From: an uncultured delta proteobacterium
Lineage (GTDB): Bacteria > Myxococcota > Kuafuiibacteriia > Kuafuiibacteriales > Kuafuiibacteriaceae
Reading direction: 5' to 3'
Assembly (NCBI GenBank): GCA_963803435.1
Contig: CAWDML010000001.1
Location: forward strand, 1,408,001-1,472,000
Length of the DNA stretch: 64,000 bases
A program made the position numbers and the translations under genes. Shown here piece after piece: positions 47,813-59,197 of the stretch (within the stretch, counting starts at the first letter, position 1; each line of letters starts with the position of its first letter). The notes under the pieces are model-generated. The model worked only from the letters and a program-made list of their open reading frames with translations, was not told where the DNA came from and did no database searches.

Positions 47813-48592
47813 GTGGAGAAGCTCAATCCCGCCGTCCTGAGCGCCGTGGCGACCGCCCTCAGCAACGACCGCTATCCCAAGGACGGAGTCGGCTACGTCC
47901 TCTCCGCCGGCGACAAGAGAGACCTGGAGCGGACCATCCGCGAGCAGATGGTGGCGGGCGTGCCCGACGAGGCCATCACCGCGGCGATCGCCGTGTTCAC
48001 GCGGCCCTACGCCGCCTCGAGCCCCGATCATCAGGCCGACTGGGCCAAGCGCACCAAGGCCGACCTCGACGCCCTGGTCGCGGAGCTTCCCGTCCTGCGG
48101 GCGCAGATCTCTGGCGGCGCGGGCGGTGAGCTCCAGAAGGCCAAGGACCTCGCCGAGGCCATGTCCGCCTTCAGCAGCGTGATCGGCCTCGACATCCGCG
48201 AGGACGGCCCGGACACCGACGTCACCTTCCGCTCCCTGCCCGCGCTCGAGGGCGCGTCACAGAGCCGGTTGAAGAGCACCTTCAGCCGAGACCGCCGCGG
48301 GCCCGACTCGGCCGACGGCGAGTTCATCTACGCGAAGGGCGCCCAGGCACTGACGAAGTTCTTCTCGAAGGTCACCTTCGACACCGAGTTCGCCGATCCC
48401 GACGAGGCCCGCAACCTCACCAAGGCGAAGTTCAAGAAGCTCCTCGACGATCCGGCCATCAACGAGATCCACTTCGTCGGCAGCTGGGCCGGCGATCAGT
48501 GGGGCGTGGCCGGCTACGCCGACTGGAACCTGATCGTCGAGTACGACAAGGGGAACTTCGTCCACCTGAAGACGAGCGGCGGCTGGCAGTAG
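47813..48592 (+). CDS. Hypothetical protein (C-terminus loosely NuiA-like), no signal peptide
   Basis: GGAGG at 47802-47806 before GTG 47813; open frame to TAG 48592; family resemblance is tentative. Confidence 0.6.
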   Translation: MEKLNPAVLSAVATALSNDRYPKDGVGYVLSAGDKRDLERTIREQMVAGVPDEAITAAIAVFTRPYAASSPDHQADWAKRTKADLDALVAELPVLRAQISGGAGGELQKAKDLAEAMSAFSSVIGLDIREDGPDTDVTFRSLPALEGASQSRLKSTFSRDRRGPDSADGEFIYAKGAQALTKFFSKVTFDTEFADPDEARNLTKAKFKKLLDDPAINEIHFVGSWAGDQWGVAGYADWNLIVEYDKGNFVHLKTSGGWQ

Positions 48593-48630
48593 AGCCGTAC
48601 GCAACGACCACCCCACCCACGGTCCCCGCG

Positions 48631-50275
48631 CTACCTTCGCTGCGGCTCGCTCTCCGACAGCCGCGCGCGCGCCCGGTCGATCGCGCCGATCAACAACGCC
48701 GCCGGCACTCGCCGCGCCGTCAGCGCGCGGAGGTCCCGCGGGAGATCCGTCCGCCGGGCCAGGGTCTCGCGGAACCACGCTTGCGCCGCCACCGCGTGGC
48801 CGACGTCGGCCTGATCGCTGCTGGCGGACCGCGCCCCCGAGAAGTCGCAGAGCTGGATCCCCGTGCGCCCTTCGATGCTGAAGCGGCGCGCCGCCAGGTC
48901 CGGCAGCTCGACGCCGTACAGCGCCAGCGCCTTGAGGAGGGCGAGGCCGGCCCTGGCCAGGTCGAGGGCGTCGAGAAGGCCCTGCCGGTCCGGATCGATC
49001 TCGAGCGGCCGGCCCCGCGCCGCGATCACCACGTAGGGCGTGCCGTCGTCGCCGGCGCCGGAGGCCAGCACGGGCAGCACGCCCGGCACCGTCAACCTGG
49101 CTTGCAGCTCGGCCTCGCGCTCGAGCTGGGCCCGCTCCTCTGGACGCCCGCAGCGCACCCAGACGAAGGCCGAGCCCTCGAGCCAGAAGCCGCGGCGGAG
49201 GGGCGCATCGCCGGCGTCGGGACGGAGAGTGACGCCGCCCAGGCGCGGCCACGAGAGCGCTGCGGCCCGCGCGCGCGCCAGCGAAAGGCGCGGGTGGGAC
49301 TGCGCGATCTGATCGAGCACGGCCCGCGCCCGCTCGAGGTGGCCGCCGGCCAGGAGCTTCTCGGCCCAGGCCATTCCCAGCGTTGCGTAGCGCGCTTCGG
49401 CGTGCGGGATGCTGTCGATCAGCGTGCGCACCGGCGCGCCCAGCGGGTCGCGATCGAGCGCGTGCTCGGCCAGTCGCTCGCGAACGACGTCCTCGTACGA
49501 GCGGAGGATCGGATCGGGCGCCAGGAGCAGGCGATCGACCCCCCGCCCCACGCGCTCCCGTCCCTCCTCGTCCTCGGGTAGCGGCTGGCCGCGGATCACC
49601 GTGCGCTCCGCCGCCGACAGCTCCGAGAACAGCGCCCCCGCCGTAGACGAGAGCCGCTCGTCGCTCCGCTCGAGCGCAGTGCGGAAGCTGGCGTTGCTGA
49701 TCAGGCCCAGCGCCGCCTGCACCCGATCGTGATCCGAGAAGCAGGCCATCGCGAGATCGACCAGCCGCGCGATCTGTGCGTTGGAGGCGGCGCCGAAGTC
49801 CACCCGGCGCACCGTCAGGCTGAACGCGCGCGCGGCCTCGCGGCGATCGGCGGCACCCGCCAGCGCCTCCAGGTAGTCGAGGAGCGCCGGCAGGCTGGCC
49901 TCCAGGCGCACGATGCCGGCGAGGAAGCGCATCCGCTCGATGCCGTTGCTCTTGAGCGGCTCCCGGTGGAGCGCCTGCTCGACCACGGTCCGGTCGACCT
50001 TGCGGAACAGGTGCTTCAGCACGCCCCGATCCGACGGCGCCGCCATGCCGTTGACCAGCAGGTCCTCGGTCGAGTTGAGCTTGAGCCGCAGCTCACCCTT
50101 GTAGCGGCGGAGGAACGAGAGGTGGCGATCGATCTCGCCCAGCTCGTCCTTCGAGAGTGCGGCGTCGGCGGGGAGCTCGAGAATCGAGGGTCGGCTTCTC
50201 CGCGATCGGCGCCAGCGCCTTCGAGCGGCGGCGCCGGCGTCTCGGCCGCTTCGAATCGGTGCCCGCCCGGTTCAC
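48631..50275 (-). CDS. Helical/TPR protein with degenerate protein-kinase-like C-terminal domain (apparent 1-nt insertion at 50181-50185)
   Basis: GATC repair joins 50093-50281 to 48631-50046 (TLDLELPAD); LEREAEL..L..PGVLPVL..G....PYVV, LPDL, LCDFSGA kinase-like pattern. Confidence 0.6.
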
Positions 50276-50277
50276 GC

Positions 50278-51972
<1,695 letters not shown>

Positions 51973-52116
51973 GGCCCAGACTCCATACACCACGGCCCTT
52001 CGAAGGTCACCTCGTCGAGGTGCCGCGCAAATCCGAGCGTCGCTAGGAGCGTGTAGCGCGTAGCGCTACCGCGAGCCCGGTCCGGGTCCCGGTCCCGGTC
52101 CCGGTCCCGATGGCGA

Positions 52117-52485
52117 TCATGCAGCCCGGCGTGCGTTCATCGACTTGATGAGGCGCGTGAGCATCTCGACAACGCGCTTGAGCTTGGCTCTGGCGGCTTG
52201 GACCTTCTGCTCGTTGGCGAGTCGGCGCCTCGAGCAGGTGTGGAGTGAGGCGGCGCTTTCGGTGCCAGAGCGAAGTGCCATCCGGTGGAAGCGAGCCTTC
52301 TCAGGTGGATTGAACTCTCCGGCGCCCTCGGCGGTGTTGTTCACGATGGAATCGGATGCCCGCCGAAGCTGATCGCGGACGTGAGCGTGACCGGGTTGCA
52401 GTTCTTGTGCGATCTCTTCAGCGATGTCGGCCTACTCGACGGCGAGCTGGTAGACCTCGAGCTTCTCGTGATCGAAAGTGACCAT
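52117..52485 (-). pseudogene. Four-helix-bundle protein (23S IVS/Avd-like), one in-frame TAG
   Basis: FDHEKLEVYQLAVE*...RDQLRRASDSIVNNTAEGAG...EKARF..MALRSGTE...VEMLTRL; TAG at 52432-52434. Confidence 0.85.
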
Positions 52486-52604
52486 GCAAGCTAGCTTGCG
52501 GTAGCTCGTCCACTTTGACCAGCAGAAGTTCTTGGAGGTCGTTTCGTCTGGAATCGATCGTTGGGCGGATCGACTTCGACGCCTGGACTTGATCCCATGG
52601 TTTC

Positions 52605-53350
52605 GTGGCGAAGCAATACCGTTCTTGGACTCCGAGACAATCGTTCTTGCTCCCGCCGTCCCCTCTCGAGTGGCTCCCAGAAAGGAACAGGATGCCGCCA
52701 GGGCTCGCGCCGAGAAATTACGCAGGCAAGCCGAAGAGCAGCAGAGCAAAGCGGATGATGCTCTTGTGGATCGGGTGGATCAGAAGCGAGCGAGAACTCG
52801 AGCGAGAAGGCAAGAGCGCAGGCTGACCAGCTCGAACCATCCCCAGACCCAACTGAAAGCACGCTCAGGTGATTGTCGCCGACGGGGTCAGCAACCAGGC
52901 ACCTGATCAGCAACACCTCGTCCCGATGCTCCGTGATGTGTTCGGCAACTGCGGCGATGCTCCGCGGATGATGACGGCAGACAACGGCTATCTGAGCGCG
53001 ACCAACATCGAATTCTGCGACAACAATCAGATCGATGCCCACATCGCTGTTGGACGCGAACAGAACCAAGACGCGTCGACTCCGTCCTCATCAGCTTCGG
53101 AGCCACACCTGCCTCGCTCGCTCGCAAGCGAATGCGAGACAAGTTGCAAACGCGCGACGGCAAGGCGGTCTACGCCCGCAGGAAGAGTATCGTCGAACCG
53201 GCGCTCGGACAGATCAAAGGGGCACGAGGATTCCGCCGGTTCTCGCTACGCTCCTTCTTCAAGGTACGAGCCGAGTGGACGCTCGTCTGCCTCACCCACA
53301 ACCTGCTCAAGCTCTCCCGATCGAAGCTCGCGACCGTCGCGAGCGTCTGA
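52605..53350 (+). pseudogene. IS1182-family transposase, internally deleted and frameshifted
   Basis: N-term Q.FLLPPSPLEWLPE; ADNGYLS..N; YARRKSIVEP.LGQIK.ARGFRRFSLR...KV.AEW.LVCLTHNLLKL, spread over different frames. Confidence 0.85.
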
Positions 53351-53442
53351 CTCAAGGCAGCCATCTTCAGATCGGGATCGGGACCCGGACCGGGACTGGG
53401 GCCCGGACCGGGGTCGCGTGAGCGCTTACGCGCTACACGCTC

Positions 53443-54771
53443 CTAGAGGATGATCAGATCGTCGGCCTCGAGGACCACGCCGTCGGACGACATCGCCTGC
53501 TCCGTCTCCTCACGGCGCTCGGCGGAGAGGCCGGACAGGTACTTCCCGATCTCGGGATGCTTCTTCACGAACGCGGCGAAGCGCTGCCTGTCCAGGTAGA
53601 GGACGACCGACTGCTCGGACGCGATGACGTTGGCCGTGGTGAGGCGGTTCTCGAGGAGGGCGATCTCGCCGAAGACCTCGCCTTCGCGGAGGTACGAGAG
53701 GACGACCTTGTCGCCGCTCTCGTCGACCTTGGTGACCTCGACTTCGCCTTCGAGGATCAGATACATCGCGTCGGGCTCCTTGCCGTCCTCGATCAGGACC
53801 GCGCCCTCGGGGACCATCTTCGACTGGAACTCCTTGAGGATCTGGAGCCGCTGCGTGTCGTCGAAGGGAGCGAAGATCTTGGAGGTCGCCATCAGGTTCA
53901 TCAGCAACCGGCGGCGCGCGAACTTGACCAGGTCCTCGGTGATCGACGGGTGCTGGGCCGACACCTCCTCGACGCTCTTGCGGTCGATCTCGAAGAGCTC
54001 GGAGGCGTGCGTGGTCACGACGCTGGCGGATCGAGGCTTCGAGGTGATGAGCGCGAGCTCGCCGAAGAGCGTGCCGGCACCCAGGTGCGCCAGGTCTCGC
54101 CGCTCGTCACCCTCACCCTTGCTCACGAGCACCTCGCCCTGGAGGAGGATGAACAGGCTCTTGCCCTCGTCGCCTTCACGGACCACCGAGTAGCCGGACG
54201 GCACCTTGAGATAGCCCATCCGCTCCACCAGCGAGAGGAAGGCCTCCTTCGACATGTCCGAGAAGAGCGGAACCGCCGCCGGCTCCAGGTCGCGTTTCTC
54301 GATCGGGGGCCGAGCAGCCGCCAGACGTCCGGCGGCGTCGATCAGGGCGTCGCCCGAGAGAGCGAGCAGGCTCCCCTCCCAATCGCCGGGCATGACGGTG
54401 GGCGGGATCGGCGGAGGTACGCGAGCCCGGCTGCGCGTCTCCAGTCCGTGGATCGCCGCGTGGATCTCGCCGAGCAGCGCTCGGATGGGCGCAGCCCCGG
54501 GCTCGAGCCCCAGCGCGTCGCGACAGGCACCGATCGCGGAGAGGACGAAGCCGCGCGCGTAGAGCAGCTCCGCCACCGAACCCAGCGCCTGCACCGCCAG
54601 GTCGACGCGACCCAACGCTGCCAGGCAGAGCGCCGTCTTCAGCCGCGCTTGGTGATCGAGGGGTGCAGCCCGGAGCGCCTCGGCGGCGTTCCCGAGCGCG
54701 ACCGCGAAGTCTCCCTTCTGTGCCGCGCCATCCGCCCGCTCGTGCAAGGTGGCAGTGGAGATCTGACCCAT
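53443..54771 (-). CDS. TPR plus two cyclic-nucleotide-binding domains
   Basis: VVREGDEGKSLFILLQGEV...LFGELALITSKPRSASV and MYLILEGEVEV...FGEIALL; likely start ATG 54771. Confidence 0.85.
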   Translation of the reverse strand: MGQISTATLHERADGAAQKGDFAVALGNAAEALRAAPLDHQARLKTALCLAALGRVDLAVQALGSVAELLYARGFVLSAIGACRDALGLEPGAAPIRALLGEIHAAIHGLETRSRARVPPPIPPTVMPGDWEGSLLALSGDALIDAAGRLAAARPPIEKRDLEPAAVPLFSDMSKEAFLSLVERMGYLKVPSGYSVVREGDEGKSLFILLQGEVLVSKGEGDERRDLAHLGAGTLFGELALITSKPRSASVVTTHASELFEIDRKSVEEVSAQHPSITEDLVKFARRRLLMNLMATSKIFAPFDDTQRLQILKEFQSKMVPEGAVLIEDGKEPDAMYLILEGEVEVTKVDESGDKVVLSYLREGEVFGEIALLENRLTTANVIASEQSVVLYLDRQRFAAFVKKHPEIGKYLSGLSAERREETEQAMSSDGVVLEADDLIIL

Positions 54772-54848
54772 CGGGCCCTCGTACTCCGAACCGCACCCGT
54801 TGGACAGGCGTTGCTCGGTGGGCGTGCGTAGGGATAAAAGCGTTCGAG

Positions 54849-56877
54849 GTGGTACTTCCCAAGCATCGGTGGGCTCTGCTCCTGTTCCTCGCCACCCTCG
54901 GCGCAGCCCCGCCCCTCGGGACCGGCGGCGGTGGGGACGGAACGATTCCGCTCGAACCACCGCATCATCCCCGCCGGATCGCGACCTCCCCGTCCATCCC
55001 CGGTCTCGGGCCCCGCCTGGCGGCGAAGATCCGCGCCGGCGGTCCGGACGACCGCTATCGCTTCCTCACCCGCGGTCTCACCCGACGCGCGATCGAGGCC
55101 GCCGGCGGCGTGGTGACGGCCCAGATCGGACCGATCCTCGGCGGGGTCGCCAGCGGGCGCGCGATCCGGATCCTCGCGCCCCTCGCCGAGCAGATCGAAG
55201 CGCCGCAACCGCTCGTCCCGCTGCTCGACAAGAGCCGCGCCGAGATCCACGCCGACCTCGCCGATCGCGGAGAGGGCTTCGACCGCCACTATCGCGGAGA
55301 CGGCGCGATCATCGCCGCGTACGACTCCGGCATCGACCTGAAGCACCCCGATCTTCGCGAGATCGACGGCCCCACCCGCGTGATCGCGCTGTGGGATCAA
55401 GACATGCCCGGCATCCCGCCGCCCGGAAAGCTGGCCGGCAATCTCTGCAGTCGCGAGACGCTGATGGCCGACGCATGCCTGGCGAAGGACAGCACCGGCC
55501 ACGGCACGCACGTCATGAGCGTGGCCGCCAGCGACGGGCCCAACTATCGCGGTATCGCGCCCGAGGCGAAGATCGCGATGGCCCGCTCCGACGAGTACGA
55601 TCTGCTGCTCGACACGCTCGACTGGTTCCGCAACGTCTCGATCGCCGAAGGCCTCCCGCTGGTCGTCAACCTCTCGCTGGGCGGACACGAGGGACCGCAC
55701 GACGGCACCTCGCTCGAGGCGCAGGCGATCGACGCGCTGGAGCATCTGGTCGTCGCCGCCGCCGGCAACGACGGGCTGATCCCCGTCCACGCGCTGGTGC
55801 GGCTCGAGAAGGGCGACTCGGCGGCGGTCGCGCTGCGCTTCCCGGTGCTCCCGGTGCCCGCCGAGCGCCGTGCGATCGTCGAGATCTGGGGCGACGTCGG
55901 CCTGCCGTTGATGGCGAGCGCCGCGGTGGTCGCACCGGGCGGACTGACGCTGGCGCAGACCTCGTCCGTGACGATCGGGGAGGCGGGCGTGACCGAGCTC
56001 CTGGTGTCCGACACCGCGACGCTGGGGCAGGCGATGCTCGATCCGGAGGCCAGCCTCAATCCATTCAATGGACAGCCGCACATCCGCATCGAGGTGCAGA
56101 TGACGGCCTGGGAGGACGCGCCGGGTGGTCCCGGCTTCGTCGTGGTCGAGCTTCACGGCGAAGGACGCGTGGACCTGTGGGTCGACACGCCGCCCACCGA
56201 GCCCGCACCGATCCGCTTCGATCGGGAGCGCGTCCTCGAGACGCCGAACCAGGTCCTCGGCGACGCGGACCACACGATCTCCGATCCCGCCACCGCGGTC
56301 TCGGCGGTCGCGGTGGCCGCCTACACCACGCGCGTCGAGTTCCGGAACATGGCCGGTGAGACCAACATGGTCGGTGGGACGCTGGGGGAGATTGCCAGCT
56401 TCACCTCGTGGGGCCCGACGATCTCGCCGGCCACCACGGGCCCCAAGCCCGATTCTCGCCGCCCCGGGCCACGTGGTGATCGCCGCACGGAGCATGACGG
56501 TCGCCATGGACAGCGCGACGGTCTCGCCCCTGTATCGGGCGGCCGCCGGGACCAGCCTGGCCGCGCCGCATGTGGCAGGAACGGCCGCGCTGCTGCTGGG
56601 CGCCAAGCCGGACATGGACAAGGCCGAGCTCAAGCGCGTGCTCCTCGGATCGGCCGTCCGCGACGACCAGGTGGAAGAATCGCTCGATCCGCGCTGGGGC
56701 GCCGGCCGCCTCGACGCCGCCGAGGCCCTCAGGATGGTGGTCAGCCCCTCCAAGGGCTGCGGCTGCCGGACCGCCGGCGCGCCCCTCGGCGCCCTCGGGC
56801 TATCCGACATCGGAGCGGTCGGGGCGCTCCTCTTGCTCGCCCTCGGCCTCGGCCTGCGCCGACGTGCATCCGCTTGA
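54849..56877 (+). CDS. S8 subtilisin-like serine peptidase with MYXO-CTERM-type tail (apparent 1-nt insertion at 56451-56455)
   Basis: DSGID, GHGTHV, AAGND, GTSLAAPHVAG; GATC repair gives KPDLAAPG; ends GCGCRTAG-hydrophobic helix-RRR. Confidence 0.88.
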
Positions 56878-56911
56878 GCCCTCTCGAGGCCGCGTGCTAC
56901 CTGAGAGTCGA

Positions 56912-57454
56912 GTGCACGCGTGGGATCATCCCAGCAGCTCCGACGCGCCGCAGGTGATCGGTGACGTGACGCTGCGCGGCGCCCGCGACGAAGACTTCGC
57001 GGCGCTGCTCGGGCTCTGGCGGGAGCTGATGGATCTGCACGTCGAGCTCGACGATCGCTTCAACCTGTCGGAGAACGCCGATCAACGCTTCTACAGCTAT
57101 CTCGATACCGCGCGGTCCCGCGAGGACTATCGCGTTCGCGTCGCGGAGACGAAGGGCGAGCCGGTGGGCTTTGCCATCTCCTGCGTGCTCCCCAACAGCC
57201 CCGTCTACCGGGCGCGGTGGATCGGATACATCAACGATCTCTGCGTGACCGGCTCGATGCGCAGGCGCGGAATCGGCGAGGTCCTGGTCCAGGATGCGGT
57301 CGACTGGCTGCTCGCGTGCGGCGCCGAGTCCGTCGAGGTCTACGTCGCGCACCACAACGAGGTCGCGCGCCGGTTCTGGCGGCGCATCGGCGGCCGCGAG
57401 TATCTCGAGCGCCTCTCGATCGACCTGGGCCGGTTCGAGCGGCGGGGCCGGTAA
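56912..57454 (+). CDS. GNAT-family N-acetyltransferase
   Basis: GYINDLCVTGSMRRRGIGEVL acetyl-CoA motif, NEVARRFWRRIG; start uncertain (56912 or 56954). Confidence 0.85.
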   Translation: MHAWDHPSSSDAPQVIGDVTLRGARDEDFAALLGLWRELMDLHVELDDRFNLSENADQRFYSYLDTARSREDYRVRVAETKGEPVGFAISCVLPNSPVYRARWIGYINDLCVTGSMRRRGIGEVLVQDAVDWLLACGAESVEVYVAHHNEVARRFWRRIGGREYLERLSIDLGRFERRGR

Positions 57455-58366
57455 ATGACGGCGCGCGAGGCGCTCAAGACGATCCAGGAGTTCGTGGAGC
57501 TGGCCATGCAGCGGCGCGTCAGCGCGCTGCCGGCGGAGCAGCGCACCCTCATGGAAGCGCTCGACGAGAAGCTGCGCGATCAGATCGACGGCGCGAAGCC
57601 CAAGCCCCGCAACATCGAGAACCCGTCTGCGGTGGCAGCCTCGGCGCGCAACCTCAAGATCGGCGGGCTCGCTCAGGAGCTGAACGCCTCGCTCGGCAAG
57701 ACCGACGCGAAGAAGATCCGCGACATCTCGACCGCCGACCTCCCGCGCTCCCTCTACACCCCATCGTCGATGCCGGCGTTCATGTCCGACTACTACGACG
57801 ACGATCTCGTCCCGACGAGCACCAGCGACCTGGCCGGTGGGGTGCCGACGACGGCCGTGCTGGCGGACGGCACCGAGGTCGACCTCATGGACGAGGTCAA
57901 GGTGCTGTTCGGTCTGGCAGAGCCGGCCCCCAGCGTCCCGGCGGTGCCGGAGCGGCCCGAGCACGTGGCCGTGCGGCCGGCGCGCCGTCCCAGCGTCGCC
58001 GCTCCGCAGCTCGGGCGACCGACGATCGTGCACTTCGTCGCCGGCGGAACCCGGCGGGGCGAGATCGCACCCTTCGAGCCGACGAGCGGCAAGCTGTGCT
58101 TCGTCGAGAAGGATGGATCGATCGAGGAGGTCCCCTTGGGTCAGGTCCTGGCGATCTTCTTCGGGCTCTTGAAGGGCGAGGCGCCGTCCGAGCCCTCGGG
58201 CGACCGCATGATCATCACGCTGATCAACGACAAGCGGGTGGTGGGGCTGACCGACGACTACCGCGAGGGCGGGGAGGCGCTGACGCTGGTCCCAGACCCG
58301 CGCCGCGGCAACATCGATCGCATCTGGATCCCGGCGTCGGCGGTGAAGGCGCTCGAGCTGGCTTGA
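57455..58366 (+). CDS. Hypothetical protein with myxobacterial DUF6982-like C-terminal domain
   Basis: IVHFVAGGTRRG...VPLGQVLAIFF...G.TDDYR.G...TLVP...GNIDRIWIPASAV; family call from memory. Confidence 0.6.
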   Translation: MTAREALKTIQEFVELAMQRRVSALPAEQRTLMEALDEKLRDQIDGAKPKPRNIENPSAVAASARNLKIGGLAQELNASLGKTDAKKIRDISTADLPRSLYTPSSMPAFMSDYYDDDLVPTSTSDLAGGVPTTAVLADGTEVDLMDEVKVLFGLAEPAPSVPAVPERPEHVAVRPARRPSVAAPQLGRPTIVHFVAGGTRRGEIAPFEPTSGKLCFVEKDGSIEEVPLGQVLAIFFGLLKGEAPSEPSGDRMIITLINDKRVVGLTDDYREGGEALTLVPDPRRGNIDRIWIPASAVKALELA

Positions 58367-58373
58367 AAGAACA

Positions 58374-58395
58374 GGCGCCGGCCCCCACCGGCGCC
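58374..58395. terminator. Hairpin between convergent genes
   Basis: GGCGCCGG-CCCCCA-CCGGCGCC between stops at 58366 and 58408. Confidence 0.45.
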
Positions 58396-58407
58396 CGAAC
58401 CTTCAGC

Positions 58408-59079
58408 TCAGGGCATCACCAGGCCGGTGCGAATGGCCAGCAGTACCGCGTCGGCGACGTTGGACGCGCCGAGCTTCTTGAAGAGCCGTGCCCGATGGGC
58501 CTCGACCGTCTTCACGCTGATGGAAAGCCGCTCGCCAATGGCCTGATTGCTGTGCCCGTTGGCCATGAGCTCCAGGACTTCCCGCTCGCGCGCCGTGATC
58601 TGGACTGCGGCCCGCTCTCGCTCCGTGGCGACGCCGGACACGTAGGTCCGACCCTCGCTCGCGGCCTGGAGCGCAAACACCAGGTCGGCCACGTACGGCT
58701 GCTTGATCACGACGCCGGCGGCGCCCGCCTCCGTGATGCTCCTGACAAACGCATCATCGCTTCGGAACGAGATCGCGATGACCTTGGCCTCGGCCGAAGC
58801 GTTGCGGAGCTGACGCACCGTGTCGACGGGGCTCTTGTCGGCAGGAAGCGCATCGAGGTCCACGAACGCGTACTTCGCGCCGCTCGCCCGCAGCTCGTTG
58901 GTATCGATCCGCTCGTGGAGGTGCATGCGCATTCCGCGTTTGCGGAGCCAATGCTCCAGCTGCGGCGGCACCTTCGGTGCGAACACCACAACCAGCTCTT
59001 GAGCGGCGGCATCCGCGACGTGCCCTGCGTTCGAGGCCGCCGTGGTGCCGTTGGTCATCATGGGACTACCTTCGGTCAT
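58408..59079 (-). CDS. NarL/LuxR-family response regulator with atypical receiver
   Basis: ITAREREVLELMANGHSNQAIGERLSISVKTVEAHRARLFKKL HTH; degenerate receiver N-terminus. Confidence 0.85.
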   Translation of the reverse strand: MTEGSPMMTNGTTAASNAGHVADAAAQELVVVFAPKVPPQLEHWLRKRGMRMHLHERIDTNELRASGAKYAFVDLDALPADKSPVDTVRQLRNASAEAKVIAISFRSDDAFVRSITEAGAAGVVIKQPYVADLVFALQAASEGRTYVSGVATERERAAVQITAREREVLELMANGHSNQAIGERLSISVKTVEAHRARLFKKLGASNVADAVLLAIRTGLVMP

Positions 59080-59197
59080 TGTCTCAACCCTCTAGTCCCC
59101 CCGGTTCATACGTATCGGAGAACCCCCAACAGGTTACGTACAAATCTTTAATCGTTTTGCCCGCCCGTGCAGCAAAAAAAAGCTCGAACCCATCGAA

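Larger units (their letters stand above)
52047..53442. mobile_element. Decayed IS1182-family element with passenger gene
   Basis: Perfect 16-bp terminal IR GAGCGTGTAGCGCGTA (52047-52062 / 53427-53442), extending imperfectly to ~65-70 bp through GGTCCC-type repeats; CTAG duplicated at 52043-52046 and 53443-53446. Confidence 0.85.

Noticed and set aside
52117-52485. Diversity-generating retroelement (Avd-like gene)
   Set aside because: No reverse transcriptase and no template/variable repeat pair with adenine-specific mismatches seen in the window.
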